Positions 19,727 through 27,880 of a stretch of DNA of 64,000 nt are shown here, piece by piece. Made by a program: the position numbers and the translations under genes. The notes under the pieces were generated by a model. The model saw nothing but the letters and a program-made list of their open reading frames with translations. It did no database searches and was not told the DNA's origin. Position 1 is the stretch's first letter. Each line of letters starts with the position of its first letter. Source of the DNA: Deltaproteobacteria bacterium (GTDB lineage: Bacteria > Myxococcota_A > UBA9160 > UBA6930); NCBI GenBank assembly GCA_029261795.1, contig JAJDAP010000035.1, positions 16,062-80,061 on the forward strand, in the 5' to 3' direction.

Positions 19727-20238
19727 TGCCGTCGCTCGTCGGAATCTATGACGCGCCCGGCCCGGTGGCCGATTGCGCAAAGAAGCTGCGCAATCGTGGC
19801 TTCACCGATCTCGAGATCTACTCGCCCGCCGCGTTCCCGGAGCTGGATGACGCACTCGATGAAAAGCCGAGTCGGGTGCGGCTCTACACCTTGATCGGCG
19901 GCCTGATCGGCGTCGTCACTGGCTACGCCCTGCCGATCTGGATGTCCTACGACTGGCCCGTGGTGATCGGAGGCAAGCCCTTCGCTTCGATTCCCACCTA
20001 CACGATCATCGGCTTCGAGCTGACGATCCTGTTCGGCGGCCTGGCGACGTTGTTGGGTCTGCTCATCGTCGGCGGGCTTCCCTACGGAAGCTTCGGAAAA
20101 GCCGACAAGGGCTACAGCGCGCGCTTCTCCGCCGAGGAGTTCGGTCTGGTGGTGGGCTGTAGCGACCGCGACGTCAGCGAAGTCGACGCCATGCTCAAGG
20201 CCCACGGTTCGAAGGAGGTCAACGTTGTCGAAGCCTAA
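19726..20238 (+). CDS. actD: alternative complex III subunit ActD
   Basis: 170 aa with two transmembrane segments (DUF3341-like). Its start overlaps the actC stop (TGATG). Confidence 0.7.
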   Translation: MPSLVGIYDAPGPVADCAKKLRNRGFTDLEIYSPAAFPELDDALDEKPSRVRLYTLIGGLIGVVTGYALPIWMSYDWPVVIGGKPFASIPTYTIIGFELTILFGGLATLLGLLIVGGLPYGSFGKADKGYSARFSAEEFGLVVGCSDRDVSEVDAMLKAHGSKEVNVVEA

Positions 20239-20782
20239 GTCGATCCACGCGCTGACCGCCCTCGTGATCGTGCTGGTGTCGGGTAGCGTTGGTTGCTGGG
20301 AGCAGTGGAGCGAGTCCTGGTTCCCGCAGATGAAATGGCAAAAGGCCATCCAAGCCTTCGAGCGCGTGCAGTTCCAGGATCAGGTCGATCCGTTCACGCC
20401 GCCGGAAGGCGCCGTGGCGATCGACGCGGAAGTCCCCGCGGTGGGGCAGTACGACCCGGCTGCGGACGCCTTCCTCAACCCTCTCGCCAGCGACGATTTC
20501 CGCTCGCTGGCGCGCGGCCAGGAGCAGTACGAGATCTACTGCGAGACCTGCCACGGTTCGGCAGGGATGGGCGATGGCCCGATCTCGATGGCCGGTCCGA
20601 CCACGGGGCCCTTCGCGGGCGTCTTCCCGCTGGTCACGGCCATGGGTCGCACTGACGGATATATCTACAACCTGATTCGTGCGGGCGGCACCCGGATGCC
20701 GAGTTATCAGCGGATTCCCAGCGAAGATCGCTGGCATATCGTGAACTACGTGCGGTACTTGCAGAACGGAGGCAAGCCGTGA
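20225..20782 (+). CDS. actE: alternative complex III subunit ActE (monoheme cytochrome c)
   Basis: Single CETCHG heme motif and a signal peptide. It overlaps actD and actF. Confidence 0.75.
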   Translation: MSKPKSIHALTALVIVLVSGSVGCWEQWSESWFPQMKWQKAIQAFERVQFQDQVDPFTPPEGAVAIDAEVPAVGQYDPAADAFLNPLASDDFRSLARGQEQYEIYCETCHGSAGMGDGPISMAGPTTGPFAGVFPLVTAMGRTDGYIYNLIRAGGTRMPSYQRIPSEDRWHIVNYVRYLQNGGKP

Positions 20783-22080
20783 GCGCCGCTGCTGCTTATG
20801 TGGACCAGGCGAGCCCGCGCTCGCTGCCGAAGGCACCCGCCGTCGTGCTCGGCACGCTCGCCGGGCTCGGACTGATCGCCTTCATCGTTGGCCTCGCGAA
20901 CGACCCGGCCACGGCCTGGCGCGCCTTCCACGTCAACTATCTGTACTTCGGTGCCCTGAGCCAGGGCGGCCTGATCATCGCCTGTGCGTTCGTGATCGTG
21001 GGCGCGCAATGGCCTGGCCCGATTCGCCGCATCGCCGAAGCCCTCGCCGCCTTCGTGCCCGTCACCTTCGTGATGGGACTGATCGGCTGGTTCGGCGGCG
21101 CCTCCTACATCTATCCCTGGCGCGCGGATTTCCACGGCGTCGTCGAAGCCCTGCCCTGGAAGGCCGCTTGGCTCAACCCTGCACGGCTTGCCATCGTCGA
21201 CCTCGGCGTGCTGGCTTTGCTCACCGTGTTGACGTTCCTGTTCCTGCGCGCGTCGCTGCGTCCCGCACTTCGTGGAGCCACGGCCACGGGATTCGCCGGC
21301 CGCATGATCGAGAGCTGGACGGCCGACTGGAAGGGTGACGCCGAGGAAGCCGCCGAGAGCGCGCGCAAGTTGAAGAACCTCGCGCCCCTGATCGCGCTCG
21401 TCTACGCCTTCGGCTGGTCGATCATCGCTTTCGACCAGATCATGTCGCTCGAGCCCACCTGGTTCTCGAACCTGTTCGGTGCCTACTTCGCCTGGGGCGG
21501 GTTCTTGTCCGCGATCTCGGCCACCACGTTGCTGGCCGTCCTGCATCGAAACTACCCTGGGCTCGAGGGCCAGATCACCACCGACCGTATGCACGACCTC
21601 GGCAAGTTGATCTTCGCCTTCTCGATCTTCTGGATGTACCTGTTCTTCTCCCAGTACATCGTGATCTGGTACGGCAACCTTCCGGAAGAGACGCAGTTCT
21701 TCCGGGATCGGCTGGGAACAGAGTTCCTCCAGGCCACCTGGTACTGGGAAGGCTGGTCCGAGCGGATCCTCGGCGAGCCCTGGGTTCGCGTGACGCTCTT
21801 CGCCTGGGTCTGCGTCTGGGTGATCCCCTTCTGGTGCTTGCTGGGCCAGCGCCCGAAGAAGACACCGTGGTTCCTGGCCACCATCGCCTCGATCTCGCTG
21901 TTCGGTTTCTGGCTCGAGCGCAACGTCCTGGTGTGGCCCTCGCTGGTGCCCGAGGACACCTGGGCCTTCCTGGGCAGCGTCCAGGTCGGTGTGGCGCTGG
22001 GTTTCTTCGGACTGTTCGGCCTCGTCTGGCTGGCCTTCGCACGGGTCTTCCCGTCGCTGGCCGTACCCCGCGCCGACTGA
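20779..22080 (+). CDS. actF: alternative complex III subunit ActF (second NrfD-like membrane subunit)
   Basis: 433-aa polytopic paralogue of ActC. The GTGA overlap with actE suggests co-translation. Confidence 0.75.
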   Translation: MSAAAAYVDQASPRSLPKAPAVVLGTLAGLGLIAFIVGLANDPATAWRAFHVNYLYFGALSQGGLIIACAFVIVGAQWPGPIRRIAEALAAFVPVTFVMGLIGWFGGASYIYPWRADFHGVVEALPWKAAWLNPARLAIVDLGVLALLTVLTFLFLRASLRPALRGATATGFAGRMIESWTADWKGDAEEAAESARKLKNLAPLIALVYAFGWSIIAFDQIMSLEPTWFSNLFGAYFAWGGFLSAISATTLLAVLHRNYPGLEGQITTDRMHDLGKLIFAFSIFWMYLFFSQYIVIWYGNLPEETQFFRDRLGTEFLQATWYWEGWSERILGEPWVRVTLFAWVCVWVIPFWCLLGQRPKKTPWFLATIASISLFGFWLERNVLVWPSLVPEDTWAFLGSVQVGVALGFFGLFGLVWLAFARVFPSLAVPRAD

Positions 22081-22127
22081 GATCCGACCGCCGGGTCACC
22101 ACGAGCGGGCCGGCTAGTATCCCTCGC

Positions 22128-23516
22128 ATGTCAGGTCCCACGTCGGAGGGCTCGGTTCGCTTCGCGACCACACGCGGGGCCGATGTGGAGCTGTTCGAGA
22201 CCGGGGTTCGTTACCCGACGGGTACGCGGCGTCGCTGGTTCAAGACCGGCAGTCGCTTCACGCCCTACCGCGAGATGACCCACCTCTGGCAGAGCGGTCG
22301 CGGCCTCGTGATCGCGAGCACCCGGGGCATCGAAGTCCTGTCTGCCCAGGCGTTGCGCGATCCCGCCCAGATGGGCGCGCTGACCGCCGCGCTGCGCGCG
22401 TCCATCGCCCGGGTCTCCCGGGGTGACGAACGGCTCGAGCGCATGGACGCGCTCGATCGACGTGTCACGCAGACATCTCGGCCCCTGCTGGGTCGCTCGC
22501 TCACCGCGATGGTGATGCTGGTCGCCGGCCTCGCCCTGTGGTTCCCGAATCTGGCATCCGAACTCTCGTTCCGGGCGGGCCTGGTCGAGTCCGGCGAGTA
22601 CTGGCGACTGCTGACGCTGCATCTGGTCCATACGCATCCCATGCATCTGCTCCTCAACGCCGCCGCGCTCTGGATCCTGGGCGATCTCGTCGAGTTGTCG
22701 CTTGGTCGAGGGCTCGCCTGGGCAACCACATCGCTCGCCGCTCTCGGCGCCGCGCTCGGCTGCATCTGGATGAGCTACCCCGAGGCGCAGGGTGCGTCGG
22801 GCGTCGTTGCCGGTTTTGCGGGCGCCTTGCTGGTTCTCGAGTTGCGGGTTCCGGAGTCGCTCCCGGCCCTTTGGCGTTTGCCCCGTCGACTGTTCATCGG
22901 GGCCGTCGCGCTCGATGCCGTGATCCTGTCGTTCGTCCCGATGGTCGCCCATGCCGCCCATGCGGGGGGGTTCCTGTTCGGGGCCGCGTTCGTGGCGCTG
23001 GTTTCCAGCAAGGCGCCAGAGCAACGGCCCGCGTCGAGCTGGCTCCGTGCGGCCAACGGGCTGGCCGGGCTCGCGGTGCTGGTCGCCCTGGCGATGGCCG
23101 GCCTCGCGGCCGCGGATTTCGAGCAGACCTGGGAGAGACGAGCGCTGGTCTTGCTCGAACAATCCGACCCGACGCCGGAAGAACTCAACGAGGCGGCCTG
23201 GACCATCGCGATCGCCGAAGAGCCGACCGGGGGGCTGCTCGAACTCGCCGAGCAGCTCGCCGAACGCGCGGTGCAGGCGAGCCAGCGGGCCTATCCACAC
23301 ATCCTCGACACCCTGGCCGAGGTCTACTTCGTCCAGGGGCGCGATGACGAGGCACTGGCCGTCAATGCCGAAGCGCTACGCATCTCGCCGGAGGACCGCT
23401 ACCTGCGCGAGCAGCGAAGACGCTACAAGGGCGAGCGCGCGCGCGACGATCGGCCCGACGCTGGCGGGCTGCCGGACGAGCCCGAACTCCCGGAGGCGCC
23501 CGGCGTCAGGGTGTGA
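22128..23516 (+). CDS. rhomboid-family intramembrane serine protease with a C-terminal TPR-like extension
   Basis: Catalytic GASGVVAGFAG (GxSG) and downstream AHAGGFLFG (His) lie within six transmembrane segments. The cytoplasmic tail is TPR-like. Start is the internal ATG at 22128. Confidence 0.7.
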   Translation: MSGPTSEGSVRFATTRGADVELFETGVRYPTGTRRRWFKTGSRFTPYREMTHLWQSGRGLVIASTRGIEVLSAQALRDPAQMGALTAALRASIARVSRGDERLERMDALDRRVTQTSRPLLGRSLTAMVMLVAGLALWFPNLASELSFRAGLVESGEYWRLLTLHLVHTHPMHLLLNAAALWILGDLVELSLGRGLAWATTSLAALGAALGCIWMSYPEAQGASGVVAGFAGALLVLELRVPESLPALWRLPRRLFIGAVALDAVILSFVPMVAHAAHAGGFLFGAAFVALVSSKAPEQRPASSWLRAANGLAGLAVLVALAMAGLAAADFEQTWERRALVLLEQSDPTPEELNEAAWTIAIAEEPTGGLLELAEQLAERAVQASQRAYPHILDTLAEVYFVQGRDDEALAVNAEALRISPEDRYLREQRRRYKGERARDDRPDAGGLPDEPELPEAPGVRV

Positions 23517-24478
23517 GTTCTTCGCCGTCCTCGGCGATGACCACGGGCCCGTTGCGAAAGGTCTCGCCGACCAGACGCTCGAACTGGAAGTCGAAGACGG
23601 GCGGCGGCCGCAGGCGTGTCAACACGATCGAGTAGGCGCCGGCCTCGGTCCCGATCCGGCCGGCGTCTTCGACGAGCCGGTGACCGGCAGCCTCCGCCAG
23701 GATGCCGTCCAGATTCTCGACGTCCGCTTGCCGAGCCTGCTCGAGGGAATCGCCGTAGATTCCTTCGAGGACCAGCACATGCGCATCACGAGCCAGCGCC
23801 ACCGCGCTCTCCGTCTCGGAGCCCGCGACCGCGATCGCGATGACTCGCTCGCCTCCTTCGATCCGGTAACCGAGCGACGGGGTCGCCGCGCCGGCGAGTT
23901 CGGCGCTGCGGATCGAGAGTGCGCCCAGTTCGAGTGTCTCGCCGCCGGACCATTCGGTGACTTCGATGCGACGGCCCGCCTCTCCAGGTGCCCATGCCTC
24001 CGTGAGGATTCCGGCCGGCGTCTGGTAGGCGGTCTGCAGGCCCGCGACGAAGGACCGGGTACCGGCGGGGCCGTAGATTCGCAACGGTTCCGTCGGTGCG
24101 CGCAACCAGGCATCGAGCCAGAGGTCGTCGAGGCCGAGTACATTTTCGGGCGCCAGACTGGTCAACAGCAGCGTGCGCGGTTGATTGGCGGGAATCCGCG
24201 CGGCTCGGAGCGATTCGCTCACACCGCGCCCGGCATCCACCAGCACGAGTTCCTCGCCGAGGCCGACGACCAGTGCCGGTCCACGCCGCCAGTGGTTCTC
24301 GAAAGTTCCGCCAGATCCGGCGACCACCAGGGTGAGCGCCTCGAATGCGCGGGGGTCGAGCGGAACGACCCCGGAGATCTCGCGTTCCTGTTCCTTTGAC
24401 GCGAATGCGGCCGCCCACATCGCCGCGACCAACAATGCAAGCACGAACAACACCGTGACACGCAGGTTCGCGTTCAAT
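23506..24478 (-). CDS. membrane-anchored MBL-fold (metallo-beta-lactamase-like) protein, possibly degenerate
   Basis: N-terminal transmembrane helix and an MBL-like beta-sandwich (LVVAGSGGTF…LVDAGRG), but no clean HxHxDH motif. The TTG start overlaps the purU stop as TTGA. Confidence 0.4.
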
Positions 24479-25343
24479 CGAATACCACCGTCTTGTTCTG
24501 GTAGACCAACACCCGGTCCTCGAGATGCCAACGCACGGCGCGGGCGAGCACGGTTCGCTCGAGGTCGCGTCCCTTCCGGATCAGATCCCGCACGGTGTCG
24601 CGATGCGACGAACGCGCCACGTCCTGTTCGATGATCGGTCCTTCATCGAGGTCTGTCGTTGCATAGTGCGCGGTGGCGCCGACCAGCTTGACGCCGCGTT
24701 CGGCCGCCTGGTGATAGGGACGACCACCCATGAAGGCGGGCAGGAACGAGTGATGGATGTTGATGATGCGGGAAGGGAAGTGCCCGGTGAATTCGCCCGA
24801 CAGGATCTGCATGTAGCGCGCCATCACCACCAGATCGATTCCAAGTTCCTCGAGCAGGGCCACCTCGCGCGTCTCCTGCGCGCGTTTGGTTTCCTTCGTG
24901 ATCGGGACGACCTCGAAGCGGATCCCGAACTGCTCGGCGATCGGGGCCAGGTCCGGGTGATTGCTCACGATCAGGGGAATCTCGCAGCTGTACTCGCCGG
25001 CCCGGTGGCGCAGCAGCAGGTCCCACAAACAGTGGTCGTACTTCGAAACGAAGATCGCCATCCGTTTGGTCGCGCCGGCATAGGCGATCCGCCAGGCCAT
25101 GCCGAAGCGTTCGCCGACTTCGCCAATGCCGGTCTCGAGGCTGGTTCGATCGGTCAGCAGGTCCGAAAGATCGAAGCGGATCCGCTGAAAGAACTGGCCG
25201 GCGACGGGGTCCGTGTGCTGATCCGCATCGAGAATGTTCGCCCCGTGCCCGTGTAGCACCTGCGCCAAGGCCGCCACGATCCCCTTCGCATCAGCACAAG
25301 TCACCAACAACACCGCAGTCTGCTGCTCTACTTCCAAGCTCAT
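24474..25343 (-). CDS. purU: formyltetrahydrofolate deformylase
   Basis: An ACT domain is followed by a formyltransferase domain (MAIFVSKYDHCLWDLL…IINIHHSFLPAF…HYATTDLDEGPII), 289 aa. Confidence 0.85.
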   Translation of the reverse strand: MSLEVEQQTAVLLVTCADAKGIVAALAQVLHGHGANILDADQHTDPVAGQFFQRIRFDLSDLLTDRTSLETGIGEVGERFGMAWRIAYAGATKRMAIFVSKYDHCLWDLLLRHRAGEYSCEIPLIVSNHPDLAPIAEQFGIRFEVVPITKETKRAQETREVALLEELGIDLVVMARYMQILSGEFTGHFPSRIINIHHSFLPAFMGGRPYHQAAERGVKLVGATAHYATTDLDEGPIIEQDVARSSHRDTVRDLIRKGRDLERTVLARAVRWHLEDRVLVYQNKTVVFD

Positions 25344-25381
25344 CGTCGCCGCATCCGTTCACTCAAGGCGGCGGATTCTAC

Positions 25382-25403
25382 CCCCCCACCCCCACCCCAC
25401 CCA
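25382..25403 (-). other. G-quadruplex-forming motif in the purU 5' leader
   Basis: The minus strand reads GGG-T-GGGG-T-GGGGG-T-GGGGGGG, 40-60 nt upstream of the purU ATG. Confidence 0.3.
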
Positions 25404-25476
25404 CTCCTCCGCTGGAGAGCACCGTCCCCCGTACATGCTCCCCCCACGGATCACCCACCGAGCAACCCCGGAGCGT

Positions 25477-25613
25477 GTCGGGGGCGGGGGCCTGCAGCGA
25501 AGTAAAGCGCAGCAGAAAACGCCCCAGACATCCCGGCCTTCCCAAACGACTCCCCGATACCTGATGCCCAAGCGCTACGTGCGAGCCATGAGCGAAAGGC
25601 CCCCGCCCCCGAC
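25477..25613. repeat. 18-bp perfect long-range inverted repeat enclosing about 100 nt
   Basis: GTGTCGGGGGCGGGGGCC at 25477-25494 is the exact reverse complement of GGCCCCCGCCCCCGACAC at 25596-25613. It is either a structured leader or a MITE-like terminal inverted-repeat pair. Confidence 0.4.
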
Positions 25614-25830
25614 ACGCGGGGCACAACCTCGATCAAACTTCCGAGTAGACCCAGCAACGCCGGTCCTATAAGGTGATCTCCAGCGGAGCTCACTCCTTCG
25701 CAAGTCCAATCGGGCCATCGGCTCGTGCGGGCGGCTCGGGGCGGTTGGAACGGCGCCTTCCTAAACCGGGACTGGAGGCGAACGCTGGGGTTCGTCAGTG
25801 AAACCGACGCCGATATAAGGAGGTGAAAGA

Positions 25831-25875
25831 ATTGGACCAACCTAAGACTATGGCGAGTGAGGTGGCGGCGTCTTA
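25831..25875 (+). CDS. candidate 14-codon small ORF with a canonical Shine-Dalgarno (MDQPKTMASEVAAS)
   Basis: AAGGAGGTG-6 nt-TTG lies in a locally lower-GC stretch of the 1.1-kb purU/peptidase gap. Coding potential is not assessable at this length. Confidence 0.2.
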
Positions 25876-25980
25876 ACGCGCGGTCGCGTTTCGCCAGGAG
25901 CCCACGGCTCCAGACGAAACGACACACACTGCCGAAGAATTCTTTCTTCTCGGTGAATGTCGGGGACGCCAGTCCCAGTC

Positions 25981-26056
25981 CACCGCCCCCGGGAGCGCGG
26001 ACGCCGTAGCCGCAATAGGGGATCGGGCTCAGGCCCGCGAACCGCTCCCGGGGTTT
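25981..26056 (+). terminator. multi-hairpin element closed by a 10-bp stem and followed by a U-tract
   Basis: CCCGGGAGCG…(two inner hairpins GCGG/CCGC and GGGC/GCCC)…CGCTCCCGGG-GTTTTCT. Confidence 0.3.
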
Positions 26057-26471
26057 TCTCTGCCCGCACCGCGATTCGGCGTCGAGGGTCGGAGCGGCGG
26101 CCGGGTCGAGCTTCCGTCTCCGTACGGCTGCGCGGCAGATTTCCCCGGATCCTCCTGAAAATGTGATCTGGAGCACCGCGCAGCGATCCCTGCGCGTGGC
26201 AAGTTGATCGGGCTTCGCAGGGTGAGAGTGTTCACCGCGGCGTGGCTCTATCGGAACTTGGATGGTCCGAGTTCCTACCCCGTCCGGGTGGAGTCGCGCC
26301 GCGGTTCGCTCTCCCCGTTGGCCGCTCGGGGCGTCTGGCCAGGCGTCGGATCCGCCCCCACGGCGCGGCGACGGACTAAGCTCCCGCCTATTCCGATCCT
26401 CGTGGATCCGGAGTCGTTGGCACCGAGGGGCTGCCCGTGGCACCGGGCATCGAATGGATCAAGGGGCCCTC

Positions 26472-27863
26472 ATGCGCTTGCTGAGCGTGCTTTCGCTCTC
26501 GATTCTCGTTGCCATTTCCGCTGCCGCAGAAGGTCCCATCGAGCGGCTCTCGGGCGCGCTTCGCTTCGAGACCATCTCCCACCAGAATCCGACCGATTTC
26601 GACCCGGAACCCTTCAGCGAACTCCATCGCTATCTGGAGGCAGCGTTCCCGAAGACCCACGCGACGCTCGAGCGCGAACGGGTCGCCGACTACAGCCTGC
26701 TATTCACCTGGCGTGGCAGCGATCCGAGCCTGGCCCCGATCCTGCTGACCTCGCACTTCGATGTGGTCCCGGTAATTCCCGGAACCGAGGAGCGCTGGAG
26801 CCAGCCGCCGTTTGGCGGCGTGGTTGCCGACGGGTATCTATGGGGACGTGGCGCCCTGGACGACAAGGTGGGCGTGCTCGCCACCCTGGAAGCGGTCGAA
26901 GCGCTTCTCACGAGCGGTTTCGCCCCTGAGCGCACCGTCTATCTGGCCTTCGGGCACGACGAGGAACTCGGTGGCGACGTCGGTGCGGCAGGCATCACCG
27001 AGCTCCTCGAATCACGCGGCGTGCGGCTCTGGTTCAGTCTCGATGAAGGCATGGCGATCGTGAGTGGAATCGCCGGGCTCGAGAAACCGGTGGCCATGAT
27101 CGGTGTCGCCGAAAAGGGCTTTCTGACCTTGCGCCTGACGGCGACGGCGGACGGTGGCCATTCGAGCGTTCCCACCCCGGACGGCGCGATTCCGCGGCTC
27201 GCCCGGGCGGTCGCGCGACTCGACGAGACGCCACTGCCGACCCGGATGGGAAGCGTTGCCAACGCGATGTTCGACGCCCTCGGGCCGCACCTGCCCGGGA
27301 TCCAGGGCTTCGTGATCTCCCAACGTTGGGCGCTGGGTGGGGTCCTCGAGAGCATCCTCTCCGAAACGCCCTCGATGAACGCGATGATTCGTACCACGAC
27401 GGCCATCACGATCGTCGAAGGGGGCGTGAAGGCCAACGTGTTGCCGACCAGTGCCACGGCCACCGTCAATTTCAGGGTCGTTCCCGGCGACACCGTGGCC
27501 GGCGTCGTCGAAGCCGTGCGCGAGATCATCGACGACCCGGAGATCGAGATCGAAATCGAAGAGGGCAGAGAGGCCTCCAAGGTTGCCAGCGATTCGGGCG
27601 AGGCCTGGGAAGCGATCCGGGCTGCCGTCGAAAGCACCGCACCCGGCGTGATCGTGGCACCCGCGCTGGTCCTCGGTGGTACCGACAGCAAACACTACGG
27701 CCGCATCGCCGACGATTCCTATCGCTTCACGCCGTTCAGGCTGGGGGAAGACGATCTTGGCCGGGTCCATGGCACCGACGAACGGCTCGCGGTCGAGGAC
27801 TACCCGAACATCATCGGCTTCTATGAGTCCTTGATCCAGGGTGCCTCAGGCACCACACGTTAG
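26472..27863 (+). CDS. M20-family metallopeptidase (carboxypeptidase/dipeptidase-like), secreted
   Basis: Signal peptide MRLLSVLSLSILVAISAAA and M20 catalytic motifs (LTSHFDVVP, GRGALDDK, HDEE). The ORF-track start at 26262 is an upstream extension. Confidence 0.75.
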   Translation: MRLLSVLSLSILVAISAAAEGPIERLSGALRFETISHQNPTDFDPEPFSELHRYLEAAFPKTHATLERERVADYSLLFTWRGSDPSLAPILLTSHFDVVPVIPGTEERWSQPPFGGVVADGYLWGRGALDDKVGVLATLEAVEALLTSGFAPERTVYLAFGHDEELGGDVGAAGITELLESRGVRLWFSLDEGMAIVSGIAGLEKPVAMIGVAEKGFLTLRLTATADGGHSSVPTPDGAIPRLARAVARLDETPLPTRMGSVANAMFDALGPHLPGIQGFVISQRWALGGVLESILSETPSMNAMIRTTTAITIVEGGVKANVLPTSATATVNFRVVPGDTVAGVVEAVREIIDDPEIEIEIEEGREASKVASDSGEAWEAIRAAVESTAPGVIVAPALVLGGTDSKHYGRIADDSYRFTPFRLGEDDLGRVHGTDERLAVEDYPNIIGFYESLIQGASGTTR

Positions 27864-27880
27864 GCGCCGGGCGCCGCCCG

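Noticed and set aside
25344-25700. A ZTP (pfl) riboswitch upstream of purU
   Set aside because: purU is a known ZTP-regulated gene, and the leader contains GGGGAGUCG and CUUGGGCA-like strings. However, they occur in the wrong 5'-to-3' order for the pfl consensus as I remember it. A covariance-model search is needed and I am not calling it.
25451-26443. 330-aa minus-strand ORF filling the purU/peptidase gap
   Set aside because: Arg/Pro-rich nonsense translation (RRGGGSDAW…) with no RBS or motifs. The region is better explained as a non-coding regulatory or sRNA region.
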